Shown one piece after another: positions 1-10,829 of a stretch of DNA of 64,000 nucleotides. Positions within the stretch are counted from its first letter, which is position 1, and the number at the start of each line of letters is the position of its first letter. Origin of the DNA: Perkinsela sp. CCAP 1560/9 (taxonomy: Eukaryota > Protista > Euglenozoa: Kinetoplastea); the NCBI GenBank assembly GCA_965644495.1, contig CBFFSA010000015.1:248001-312000 (forward strand), given 5' to 3'. The notes beneath the pieces are model-generated. The model was not told the origin of the DNA. It saw only the letters and a program-made list of their open reading frames with translations, and ran no database searches. A program made the translations under genes and the position numbers.

Positions 1-668
1 TCATCACTACGCGCACAGAAAGCGTCTCTAAGTCGTCTCATAGGATCACTAGTCAATAACTTTTGAACGAAGGCAAAGTCGAAATTTTGTTCATCTATTA
101 TTATTGGTAGTTTGCGATCAAGTAGCCGACTTGCTCCTGCTAGAGCAAAAACTATTGCACTAGCCCATGCATTTGATTGAGTGTCGGAGCAATTTTCCGC
201 GAAAGTTACGCCCATGAATTCACGATACAGAACTAAACAAAGGGAATGCCAGGGAATATTGTATGAAAATATCTCTGCGTTTACTGAATACGAACTTGAT
301 TTTTCGCGATTTCGAAACAGCCATTGTAAAGTTGGTAACACAAACTCGGTAAGTAGCAAGATAACCTCTTTTCCAGCCTGATATTTTTCAATAGTACAAA
401 CTACCAAAGCTAGCAATCGACTCCACTTCTTGATACCTTCATTGTAGCTATGGGAGTGACTAAAAGCTTCATCTACGCTTGACATCGAACAACTAAGTTC
501 TGATATGGCACTTCGTAGCATAAACCTCCAGCATGTTGCGGTAAAATAGGGGACACAGTTGAATAAGCAGATCTCGAGTGAGATGTCAGACTGAGATGAA
601 ACCAAGGCATGCGTAACCCTGGCATTCGTACTCTCTATAAATCGACACACAAGTAAATACTTTTCCAT
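1..668 (-). CDS. Hypothetical protein, 5' part (runs off the window start)
   Basis: Manual translation from ATG at 668 (MEKYLLVCRFIEST...) stays open to position 1; same strand as all other genes. Confidence 0.6.
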   Translation of the reverse strand, partial: MEKYLLVCRFIESTNARVTHALVSSQSDISLEICLFNCVPYFTATCWRFMLRSAISELSCSMSSVDEAFSHSHSYNEGIKKWSRLLALVVCTIEKYQAGKEVILLLTEFVLPTLQWLFRNREKSSSYSVNAEIFSYNIPWHSLCLVLYREFMGVTFAENCSDTQSNAWASAIVFALAGASRLLDRKLPIIIDEQNFDFAFVQKLLTSDPMRRLRDAFCARSD

Positions 669-1118
669 TGAACATTCCTTTTTACGATTTGCTCATACGT
701 ACACGTACGTTTAAAAAGATTTAAGGACAATGTAGTACATACGCGCTCTGGTACGAACGAAGTCTTGAAGTGATCAATAGTCCATGCGATTTCAGAATTC
801 TGAGATTTCTCTTCAACATTTCACTGTTTTCCGAGGAAAACTTCATAAACTCAAGATGATCCGAGTAAATAGTGAAATCGTAGTAAAAAATAGTAAATCA
901 GACCAAACAAGTAATACATACATGCATACTCAAAGAAGAATATGTGCTCATATTCGTCATGCATATTCATTCGCAAGCGAAGTAAAATCACTTGAAGTAC
1001 AGTATCTTGCAGTGGATTCAATATGAACATTTGCTCTCTGGATAGCAAGTGCGCGATAACTAAGTAGCAAGTAGAAAATAATAATAATATAAAATATAAA
1101 TATAAAATAAATATAAGT

Positions 1119-2867
1119 TCAGATTTCTACTGGCTCAAAAACTTCTGAAATGCGCACCCGGCACATAGGGCAGTATCCCACTTTGGTGCAGCACCCTTTG
1201 CAAAGAACTTTATGCTTACACGGGAGAAATATTACACCGGGGCTATTGGACATGCATGTAATACACTTTGTGCTCTGTTCCTCCAAAATATGCCGCAAGG
1301 ACTCAAGGTACTCCGTAGCTTCGCGCTGCAGCTCACGTAATTCAGCTGAGCGTAAGTGTTGTAAATTCAGCGGCAGTGAGAAAAATTGTGCCCGAAAGAC
1401 CTTTTCAATCTCGGAGGATACAGATTTTTGAAGCGCGTCGATGTCTACATGCTTTGTTGTTTTCTGTGAGACACGTGCGCTTTCTATGGCATCAGTTTTG
1501 ACAGGAAGACGTAATTCGGAGGGATATTCCGTTCCAAAATCTGTGTGATCAATCACCATTGTTGGAAGCTCGGTGTACGAAATTGATTCTTGAATTAAGT
1601 TCTGAGAAGCACTCTCTATCAGCTGTTTGTTGTCACAAGTTTCTGAAAAATACGGCTTTTCTTCTGAATCGGATATGTTTGGTATGTCGTCAGAACAATC
1701 TTGGGAGGTCGTAACCGCGGAAGAAGCTAGAAGTGCTGAGGATGTAGGACTCACAAGTGAGCAATGCGTATCCTCCGAATTTGACAAATGTTTAGCTATA
1801 TTTCCGTTTGCATGCTCCATTGGCCTAGTAGCGTTGAATGTTTCACCTTTCTCTGAGGAAGAAATTTCCACACAATCTTCCATACATTCTTGAGTGAGCG
1901 AAGATATTACGCTGCCAACTGTGTTGGCCAGTAACGACACGCCGGAAGAGTGTGTATTTTTATCTCCCTGCCTGAATTCCGACGAGGGAGCCTGACTCTG
2001 CGAAATATCTACATCCACAGGCGAGCTGTTTGTCCCAATACTCTTTTGTCCGGACTGACACTCTCCAGTAAAGTTTCCATGTGCCCCATTGTAACATTGT
2101 CGTGAATCACTGGCTTGTACAGAAGGTAGATTAGAGGGATTTATAATAAAATTAAAGTTTTTATCGGTCTGACCCTCAGATATTCCTACATCACTAGATT
2201 CGCCGTCAAGAAACGACTCTGCGAAATTTTCCTGGTCTCTTGCATTGCTATTGCCTTTTTGTAGTTTGCTTTCCACATTTTTTAACGCGTGTAATCTGCC
2301 CAAAGCGTAACGAAGTCTTCGGTAATCCGCTGAGGACGGCAGCCGAGGCATCCAGCCTTGCTCTACATCACTATGCCAGACGCCAAACTCATCTGTTTGA
2401 AATGGTTTGTTACTCACAGAATTGAGTTCATACGGCGTGGGCTTCGAAGCGCCCGGGGTGGAAGGAGAAAGAGGAAGGACAAGGTACATTGTTGTTTCAA
2501 GGTTGGTGTCCTGAGCAAAGCCACGGTATATTTTTCCATGAGTCACGCCTAGAATCGGAGCTATGCGATACTCGTCTCCCCCAGTCGGACGCTGTAACAG
2601 TACCCGCACATAGAGTCCGGGGAGAATATCCTCCAACAGCTGTCGTCTGGTCTGGGTAGAGAGGTAAGAAACAATCGCACTGCGCGTTACTTGCAGAGCT
2701 CGCACCGTCGGAAGGCGTGAAGCAGAAGCGCTAGTTGCTGGCTCCGTGCGGGAAGGCATTGTAGAGCGTATATGAAGTGTCTGGTAATATTCTAAAAAAT
2801 TAGGCGGGGGAAGAGGGAGAGTTGGCATCAAGTTCTTAGTTTTGCCAAGAAGCAAGATCCTTCCCAT
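1119..2867 (-). CDS. Plus3-domain / C-terminal C3HC4 RING finger protein
   Basis: N-terminal GLYVRVLL...YRIAPILGV...YLVL...LNSVSNKPF..EF..W is Plus3-like; C-terminal CITC...LPCKHKVLCKGC...CPMCR is a RING. First ATG at 2867; true start may be downstream. Confidence 0.85.
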   Translation of the reverse strand: MGRILLLGKTKNLMPTLPLPPPNFLEYYQTLHIRSTMPSRTEPATSASASRLPTVRALQVTRSAIVSYLSTQTRRQLLEDILPGLYVRVLLQRPTGGDEYRIAPILGVTHGKIYRGFAQDTNLETTMYLVLPLSPSTPGASKPTPYELNSVSNKPFQTDEFGVWHSDVEQGWMPRLPSSADYRRLRYALGRLHALKNVESKLQKGNSNARDQENFAESFLDGESSDVGISEGQTDKNFNFIINPSNLPSVQASDSRQCYNGAHGNFTGECQSGQKSIGTNSSPVDVDISQSQAPSSEFRQGDKNTHSSGVSLLANTVGSVISSLTQECMEDCVEISSSEKGETFNATRPMEHANGNIAKHLSNSEDTHCSLVSPTSSALLASSAVTTSQDCSDDIPNISDSEEKPYFSETCDNKQLIESASQNLIQESISYTELPTMVIDHTDFGTEYPSELRLPVKTDAIESARVSQKTTKHVDIDALQKSVSSEIEKVFRAQFFSLPLNLQHLRSAELRELQREATEYLESLRHILEEQSTKCITCMSNSPGVIFLPCKHKVLCKGCCTKVGYCPMCRVRISEVFEPVEI

Positions 2868-3017
2868 TTTAAGAATCACGTGCTTCTATAAATAAACGTA
2901 ATGTAGTGGTTGCATAATTACCATAATTCATGTAATGTAGCATAAAAAATGCCTATGATATCATATGTAATATATCAATTGAAAAACCCAGATAACGTTT
3001 CTGAAGTAAACGACGTT

Positions 3018-3832
3018 ACAGGTTAACATGCCGGGGAGGCATGTTATGGTGCTACAGGCATGTTATGGTGTTACAGGCATGTTAAATTTCTGAACCTCCG
3101 TTTGAAAGAATAAGGAAAGCAATCGACACAAAAATTGGTTTTGACCTCACTGTTAAATTAAACGTTACGAAACTTTGCTTTAGAAATTTTTGCTTTAAAC
3201 TTTCCAACTTCACTTACTCATGGTTTCAATTATTCCTGACCTTGCTCTTCTGAATCCACTCCTGTATAGTACAAACATAGGCTCTTCCATTTGGGTTTGT
3301 TGGTACAGTTGGGCTTGGAGAAGTTAATGTTGGCGCTATTGCGACTTCTGGGGGAACAAGAGTATGCGATCCCCGGGACAGAGATATGCTCATGGTTTGT
3401 GTATCCTAGGCGGGGGAAAGACCCAACGATGTCCATCGAACCTAGAGTGTCCATCGAACCTAGGTCGGAGAGCTCTACTATCAGTAGCTCAACATCTTTA
3501 TCAGCAGCTTCGTCTTCCTCATCATTATCCTCTTCTTCCTCTTCCTGCTCGTCTTCCTCTCCCTCGCCCTCCCCCTCTTATTCAGAGAACTCTTTTTCAC
3601 AGGATTCCTCACGAGTATGGCCCTGATTCGACAATGAAAAATGAACACAGTATTATTCTGAAGAGAGGGCTAAAAGAAATAAAGGTTAAAGAAACAAGAG
3701 GGAAATATAGTGTACCAAAAAAAAGGCTCGGCTTCGCCGAGAAAATCAGAAGGGGGGCATGTTATAAGACCCCATTTCACGATAACATGCCGGGGGGGGC
3801 ATGTTATGGTGATATAGGCATGTTAACCCGTG
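3018..3832. mobile_element. Non-autonomous TIR element with GGCATGTTA subterminal repeats
   Basis: Left acaggttaacatgcc and right ggcatgttaacccgt are inverted; repeated ggcatgttatggtg units at both ends; interior has a stop-containing acidic reading frame. Confidence 0.6.
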
Positions 3833-3840
3833 CCCTCGTT

Positions 3841-4773
3841 TATAAACCCCCCACAGCGAATAAGTCACCCCCCTCTTTTTTTTGTACAACGAGGCTTAGG
3901 GGGGTTGCGGCACCACTTTTTCGTTCAAAATTTTGAGATCTGCACGTTCCCGCTGTTTTTAGACCTCTTCACAGATAACAAATTAAAACTCATTTTTTTA
4001 ATGACGTTTTTACATAGTCATGCCAATATTACCCGAAAAATCTCATGTTCCTCGACCAGGGGGGGAGAAGGGGGTCAACATGAAAATGGTGTCACAGATC
4101 TTCGCTAGGGGAACGAGATCTCTCGATTGCAACAAAAATGATCAAAAACAGATAACAAACATGCAATTTGTCACGTGGTGGAATATTTTTCTTTGATTGG
4201 TTCTTTCTTGAAACAGTGATAAATTAACTTTTTTAAGCTGTCCCCTTTACTTTTTGCTTGAAGGGGCCTAAGGGGGTTAAGATATCATTTTCTCGTTCAA
4301 AATTTTGAGATCTACACGTTCCCACCATTTTTAGATCATTTTAGAAACTGAAAAAGAAAATTATTTTTAGGTTCTATTGTTTTGCATCGTTATACCACAC
4401 TAATTTAAGAAAACAAACACTCCGCGGCCAGGGGGCACAAGTGGGTCAATATTAAAAAAGAGCGGCAAAGATCTTTTCTAGGAGAACGAGATCTCTCGTT
4501 CGCAACAAAAATCAGCAAAAACGGACAAAAATAATTGAATTTCTCATGGGAGGAGAAGATTAATTTTGTTAAAGTGTGAGAAATTGATCTCTTGAAAAAT
4601 GTGAAGAAAGTGATAATCCATCTATCGGATGCACGCATTTGAGAGCCTTGGTTCCATGCTATAACGCGCAAAGTCTTTGTGTTGGGAACAGCAAAATGCA
4701 ACAAAAATGAGCTCAAACGGACACTTGGCTGAAAAGTTAGAGGGGGGTGACTTTTCGCTGTGGGGGGTTTATA
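3841..4773. mobile_element. MITE-like element, ~33 bp TIR, TA at both ends, two internal diverged direct repeats
   Basis: tataaaccccccacagcgaataagtcacccccct versus aggggggtgacttttcgctgtggggggtttata; internal units at ~3890-4200 and ~4260-4560 share cgttcaaaattttgagatct and gaacgagatctctcg. Confidence 0.8.
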
Positions 4774-5057
4774 TAAATTCATAGATCGTATATGCTTTAC
4801 GATTCAAACAATTCGTTATTAACCAAAACTTTTCAAGTATATTGAACAAACTATGGTTGACCTAAGGTACACTAAAAACACCCCTATGTACTCACTATTC
4901 ATGTACTAACGAATGGACTAAGAAAATACACGTAAGAACATCGAAAACTTTGAAAGCAGATAAATAAATAAATCCTAATAGAAAAGATATAAACTCACTA
5001 ATGTTTGCCGTCACATTCAAATAATTCAATTGATGAATTACTATCACAAGTTTACAT

Positions 5058-5621
5058 TCACCATTCCAAGTGCAGTAAGGTTTTTGGTAGATCTTCCTTC
5101 TTTGCTTCTATTACTAGATTTTGGTTATCGACCATAAACAAAGTATTCATATGAGGGGGTAGATTTGATAGACCTACAACCCCACTGAAGCGATTTGCAG
5201 ACATATGAAGCACTTTTAAAGAGTTCGGTAACATGCTCAGATTGGGCTGACCAGTAAAAAAATTTCCAGACAAACTGATTGTGTGTAGTTTCTGTGGGAA
5301 ACTATCCCACAGTACTTCTCCTTCCAAAGAGTTGATGCCAAGTCTTAACACAGCCAATGTGACAGGTAAATAGCGCCAGTTTACTGTACCATGCAGCTGC
5401 TTAAAATGCCATAAAAGAGCATCGATATTTCCATTTTTATCACATTGCACACTGTCCCAGTCACAGGCAGGGGTCTCCTCGCTCCACAAAGGGTGCGTAC
5501 GCGTAATGTTTTTTATAAGAAGACCCAAATCGTATTCCTGTGGCCAAGCCACTCCCCGAACTTTGGCAGGACGCCTCACGATTTCCGTACCGTCATCGTG
5601 TAAATGAATTGCAGACAACAT
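5058..5621 (-). CDS. Leucine-rich repeat protein (LRRNT cap plus LP..L..L.L..N.F.G repeats)
   Basis: CDWDSVQC cap followed by about four LRR units. Confidence 0.85.
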   Translation of the reverse strand: MLSAIHLHDDGTEIVRRPAKVRGVAWPQEYDLGLLIKNITRTHPLWSEETPACDWDSVQCDKNGNIDALLWHFKQLHGTVNWRYLPVTLAVLRLGINSLEGEVLWDSFPQKLHTISLSGNFFTGQPNLSMLPNSLKVLHMSANRFSGVVGLSNLPPHMNTLFMVDNQNLVIEAKKEDLPKTLLHLEW

Positions 5622-5790
5622 TGAACTACTCTATCAAAATTGAAAGTCTATTAGGTATTCTGTCAAGATGCTGAGCAATCCAATCAAAATTGCTCATAAC
5701 ATGTTTAATAACCTTTTAACTTTTTGCATTAAAAAAACATAAAACTTTGTCAAGTGGGTCACAGCAATAGTAAGGGCCTTTCACATTTAA

Positions 5791-7263
5791 CTACATAGGA
5801 GGTTTCACGCGATCCACGCACCGCCGCACTATATCGTTGACATTAGCTATATTCATTACAGGGCACTCTTGAATAACAGATGATTGCATTGCGGAGAACA
5901 AATCATCGTTGGCAGCTTCCGACATTGTGTTAATCCATTCTGTAAGTTCCCACTCACGACGTGTCGTGCTATTGAAGAGCGTTGTTGATCCACTCGCTGC
6001 TAGCCCGGTACTGTCTGGGAAGAAATCAGATCTAAGACACTCTGCGTGTGGGTCACAAGATTCTGAAGTGTTTTTAGTTTCTGCGTCTGTTTTCATTTCA
6101 GAAAATTGTTCATTCAAATTCGTAGAATTTTCTCTATATTCCTGAAATGTGCGCCGTAGGAGAGATATCCGGTCAACTAAATTGAGACAATGTGGAATAT
6201 ATACAAGAACAGAGTTGCAGATATCAATCGGATTAGCATATGATCTATTCTGCAACGCTGCAAATAATTGGGCAGTGCCTAGCAATTCCTCATGAACAGA
6301 ATTAAATACGATAGGGCTCGTAGAAATGGATCTCAGGGCAAGACGAACGCCTCGAACCAGTTGATCAAGGTATCGCTTGAGAGCGGTACTTACAAAAACA
6401 GAATCATATACAGAAGTAGCCGCGAGCATATTTGCTTTAATAGACTCGTCTAATTTTACCTCCCCGTGCGTCGGTGCAATGTTTTCTATACACAAATGCA
6501 TGCGAAATCTTTTGCGTAGATCAAGATCAAACTTTGCGTATCCACCCTCCTTCACTAATACAATGATAGCAAATGGAAAAGGCACGCGACGCACGGTGTT
6601 TCCAACAGATTCCACAACACCAAAAGCCATTAACTCCAAAATGGCTGCATGTGTCTCGGGACGTCCTTTGTCTAAATCGTACAAGACGTACACGCATGGC
6701 GGGTTATCGTGAAACCTCGAACCGTCTAGGAAAAAATCACTTTTTTCATTCCATTCAGGAGCAGATGTTCTTGTCCATCCTTGCCTATGAAACTTCGACC
6801 CCGACAAGCGTCCATCCATCACATTCACCTCCTTGTCAGTCTTACCGTAATCCGCCAAGTGGTAACGTCTTGAACGCACTGGTCGAGATGGATGTAGATG
6901 TGAATTCATATCTTCTCCTTGCAATTCTATAGACGGCTTGCGGTCACGGTTAGACGAATTACGTAAACTATATGGAGTGTCGAGTAAAAGTGCAGAGAGA
7001 TCCGCGCGTGTCATGTGCGGGTATACCCCTATAGGTTCAATGAAATGATTTGGCAAATTGATTTTTAGGAAATTCGTCACACTTAGTGCTGCAGAAGGTA
7101 AATCCTTGCGCTTTTCATAACTTGAGTGTGATTTAACCATGTTTTCGTCGTGTGAACCCTCCTGAGGACGCACAGTAACAAATACGTGTTGTAACAAACC
7201 CGAAGCGCAACACAAAAGTTGGCCATCTGACAGATCATTCATGCTTGCTGTCTTGATCACCAT
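5791..7263 (-). CDS. MoxR/ChlI-like AAA+ protein with degenerate ATPase motifs and AAA-lid
   Basis: VYVLYDLDKGRPETHAAILELM resembles MoxR ILLADEINRAPPKTQSALLEAM; VFVS...YL..LV..VR...AQLFAALQNRSYANPIDI...IPH resembles the AAA lid. No Walker A seen. Confidence 0.6.
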   Translation of the reverse strand: MVIKTASMNDLSDGQLLCCASGLLQHVFVTVRPQEGSHDENMVKSHSSYEKRKDLPSAALSVTNFLKINLPNHFIEPIGVYPHMTRADLSALLLDTPYSLRNSSNRDRKPSIELQGEDMNSHLHPSRPVRSRRYHLADYGKTDKEVNVMDGRLSGSKFHRQGWTRTSAPEWNEKSDFFLDGSRFHDNPPCVYVLYDLDKGRPETHAAILELMAFGVVESVGNTVRRVPFPFAIIVLVKEGGYAKFDLDLRKRFRMHLCIENIAPTHGEVKLDESIKANMLAATSVYDSVFVSTALKRYLDQLVRGVRLALRSISTSPIVFNSVHEELLGTAQLFAALQNRSYANPIDICNSVLVYIPHCLNLVDRISLLRRTFQEYRENSTNLNEQFSEMKTDAETKNTSESCDPHAECLRSDFFPDSTGLAASGSTTLFNSTTRREWELTEWINTMSEAANDDLFSAMQSSVIQECPVMNIANVNDIVRRCVDRVKPPM

Positions 7264-7369
7264 ACCCTTGTAGCATGCAAAAGTGTAGCTTTCGTATCCG
7301 TTATTTTTTTCAGAAACAAAGAGAGTAGCAACGTCGACATTAAATAGACTTACAAAACCCGGGGAACGG

Positions 7370-7470
7370 TATATTATTCAAATCGGAATTTGGATAATAT
7401 AGTATTATTTGGATAATACAGTGTTATGCGGCTCCATTTGAATAATATAGCGTTATTTGAATAATATTAT
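7370..7470. repeat. Short tandem atttgRataataYag repeats (probable TE terminus)
   Basis: About four direct copies plus one inverted (tattattcaaat). Confidence 0.5.
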
Positions 7471-7667
7471 ATTATAAGTATGTATATTATACATAACCAT
7501 GTGTATGTATACATAACCTGGAGGTGACCTGTAGTGACCTCACTACATACATGTATGTAGTGAGTCACTACATTCAGTACATTTGGGTCACTACACTCAC
7601 TACACTTTCACCACCATACGTTTTGGCTTTCACGTACCTCCTTGAATGCTCGATAAAAATTATAGTA

Positions 7668-7975
7668 CTGTGACCCCCCCCTTTATACTTCGCCCATTTT
7701 GAGCAGTAACGAAGTATAAAGGGGGGGTCTGATTTTTTTCCCCGCTGTAAAAAAAAAAAACGCGCCGCTTCGCGGCGCGGCTCATCCCGTTTTCCTGTCT
7801 TTCCTTTTATGTACATAACATATAACATGTATATCACCTTCCATTTCTAGAAGGGAAGACTCAGAACGTTCTTGTTTTTTCCTAAACATTTTTGAAAAAT
7901 TACGAAAATAAATAAAAATCGCCCCCCCTTCGGGGGGGGGCACACAGAAAACGAAGTATAAAAGGGGGGTCACAG
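7668..7975. mobile_element. MITE, TIR ctgtgacccccc..tttatacttcg, TA-flanked (Tc1/mariner/pogo type)
   Basis: TA-ctgtgacccccccc..tttatacttcg and cgaagtataaaaggggggtcacag-TA; a related right end lies at ~41680-41779. Confidence 0.85.
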
Positions 7976-8030
7976 TACTATAAAAACGAGAAAAGAAAGG
8001 CACCACAAAGCCCCCTTTACCCACGCCGCC

Positions 8031-8360
8031 CTACTCCCCTGAGGCCACTCTCAGCATCTGAGCGTTGCCGCGTTGGATGGCGACGCCAGTGGCCATAATC
8101 ATGTGCTCTGTAGAGCCTTTTGGGTTGGAAGTTTGCCGGCCCAAGTTCCGCAAAAGGGAATGTGTCGCGTTCCCCGGGATTCCGAAGACCGTGAAGGCTA
8201 GCGGGTAGAGGACCACCCCTCTCTCGTTTGCCATCTCTCCATTTTTTTTAAGCTTCTCGGCTTCCGCTTTGGCGAGTGTGCAGCCTGGATTTTTGTTTTC
8301 GGCCTCCACATACGATGCGGCCAGGGGATTCACCACGGTAACGTCGATAAGAACGAGCTG
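8031..8360 (-). pseudogene. 3' fragment of a CRE/SLACS/CZAR-like non-LTR retrotransposon (restriction-like endonuclease domain)
   Basis: IDVTVVNP...AEAEKLKK...LYPLAFTVFG...GVAIQRGNAQML matches the CRE-clade RLE C-terminus (DVT..K..KY..PLA.E..G..LQRGNA). No RT upstream. Confidence 0.8.
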
Positions 8361-8631
8361 ACGTAGGAGGTAGCTGATTTGGTAGGTAGGAGGTAGCGGA
8401 GTCGGAGGGCAGTCTGTCATTCCGGTTCGGACATCATGTATTCTTTTTTTTTTTTTAACAATAATAATAAAAAGAAGCAATTTATGCCCAATTCAATCGC
8501 GCGTTCCGGACCGGGTCTTTCGACCACTCCTCGGCCTGACTTGTAAGTCTTTTTTTTTTTTTTGCGGTGTATTCCGATCGATTGGGAAGTGCTTGGAGCC
8601 AGTACCGGGAGTAGATGTTGTTGACTTGCAA

Positions 8632-9262
8632 CAGACCCTTTTTGCAAAGCAAAGTTATTAGTAATAACTTGGACTAGTAAACCTAGCTTGGACTAGTAAA
8701 CTAGTAATTACTAAAAGTAGTAAACAAGCTAGTAATTACTAAAGTTACTACTTTTTTGGTCACGTACTTTTGGTCAGATTTAGGTAACATGTTAAGCTTT
8801 GGAAGAGCTCTACTTTACAGAAACGGTATCTTTATCGTTGTGGAGAATGAATATCACCATCCTCCATTCATCTGAATATCTCAATACTATTCTCAACATT
8901 AATATCTAAATATTAATGTGTACTACAAAACATACTCCAAAACGTACGCTCGGATAAATAAACTGATAACAATTTTTAAACTTAGTCATTCTGTTCACGT
9001 GGGGGAAAACAAAGCGATTGAATAAAGCCCACGAAAAAAATTCACATGAAAACAGAAGCAAAACTCGTAAGCACAATCGAACACATAATTTAATTTTCTC
9101 CAGCTCCGAAAATGACATGCTCGCCCAAGTTCAAAGTCCGTCCTGCATATCTCGCACAATGATGCAAAAAGAAAAAATGATGATAATTCAAAATCGAGGG
9201 TTCGCCCAAGTTCGAAATCCTTCGTACAGTTCACGCACAATAGAGTAATGCAAATAAGAGTT
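8632..9262. repeat. Probable hAT 3' terminal region with ctagtaa(a/t) subterminal repeats
   Basis: Many ctagtaaac/ctagtaattact copies at 8655-8750 and two cgcccaagttc copies, directly downstream of the hAT ORF. Confidence 0.45.
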
Positions 9263-9845
9263 CTACAAAACCCGTAAATTACTTCGAAGAAACATCTGCG
9301 TTGACACAACGTCAGTACCAATAGAAGCTTGGCGAGCTGAGTACTTGTGACCTAATATGGAGAGTATAGAGTCACAGGCCGTCACCAAAGGCGGAACAAA
9401 GAGATAACCCATGGCAGCTTCATATATCGTCGGAAAGAGTTCTCGACCGACCATATCCCACCATGCTTCATCACTAGTTCCTGCGGCATACTGGAAATCT
9501 TGACAGGAAATAAACGAATGCCATGCAGCTGGGCTGATCGAAAACATCGGATACCCGCTTTGAAACAAGTCATTCGCTCGATCGGCGGAAATCGGAGCCT
9601 TACCGCTAGGACGAGCAACAAGGGTAATCCATTCGGGAGAAAACCACATAACATTCCCCCAAAACTTCATGAAATGGGTGTCGGATAGCCTAGCAACATG
9701 ACGGGCAATAGACCTGGTCAGCTTTGATGGTGCACTGGGCTCAGCAGAGTAGTCAAGCAGTCGCACACACATCGGATATACTAGAGTTGCCATTGCTCGG
9801 TCACACATGTCAGACAACTGACTGAGTGCTTTATGCAGCACAATG
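9263..9845 (-). pseudogene. hAT transposase C-terminal (dimerisation domain) remnant
   Basis: AWWDMVGRELFPTIYEAAMGYLFVPP...CDSILSILG..YSARQASI...VSTQMFLRSN fits the hATC pattern; 5' part cut off by the repeat at ~9848. Confidence 0.85.
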
Positions 9846-9847
9846 CA

Positions 9848-10242
9848 GTACAATAGGGGAAACGATTTTGGAAAATATTTTTTTTGCCATTTTTTTCGCC
9901 AAGTTGAATTTTCTTTCGAAAAAATCCGGACTTGGCGGACCCGTCCTGCGGATACGAGGCGGGGTCACCCCCGGGTAGGGGGGTGGAAAATGCGCGCCAA
10001 GACCCCGGCTACCCCTTCTGCGGGTTTGTTTCGAAAAAATAAATTTCAAAAAAATTTCGTGCGGTATGCTCCCCCCCTAGACCCCCCATTTTTTTCAATT
10101 ATTTCAATTTTGGACCACCGGAGCCCCCTTTTATAATTTTTTCTTCTATTATATTACTGTGTTCCTCTTTATATTTTCACTGTTTTTGTTCACTTTTTTT
10201 CATTAATCGAGGGTAGAGCGGTAGTTTTACAACCACCGTAAT
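9848..10242 (+). mobile_element. Dispersed GC-core repeat family A, uninterrupted copy
   Basis: acttggcggacccgtcctgcggatacg...ttttggaccaccggagccccctttta recurs at ~37850-38155 (continuing 39510-39600) and ~40376-40697. Confidence 0.8.
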
Positions 10243-10829
10243 TATACCTCCTAGGTATAATAACCTGGACGGTGGTTTATACTGAAAGTTCTTAACCAAT
10301 ATTGAATATTGGTTAAATAAATAATGAGAATATTATTCTCATTTTATTCCTTTGCCCACTAAATGCATTTTACTTATCTTAAGAACCCAATTACAGTGTT
10401 ATATTTAATTACGGTATTATTTAATTACGCTTTTAAGGTTATTTTTGGCTAAAATTAATCATAATTAAATTAACCGTAATATAAGCCACTCGGAAATTAA
10501 TAATTTTTGAACACACTTTTTGAGTAACTTTTAAGCACCCAAGCCATTGGATTCGTCTGTGATCATTTTATAAAGGTTTTCGTATGAAAGTGAGGCCGAT
10601 GGTGATAGACATGAAAGAAAAGTATTTTTTTTCGGGGCTAAAAATAATCTTAATTAAAAATAACCGTAATTAAAAATAGCCGTAATATAATCCACTCGTA
10701 TTTGAATACTTCACTGTAACGTGAAGACTTACTTTCTATATGGACTAACATTTCATTTTGGACTGATGAATGGGAGTTGTCCGCGTCCTCCCGATCGCCA
10801 GTTCCCTATCGCCAAGTTTGATAGACATT

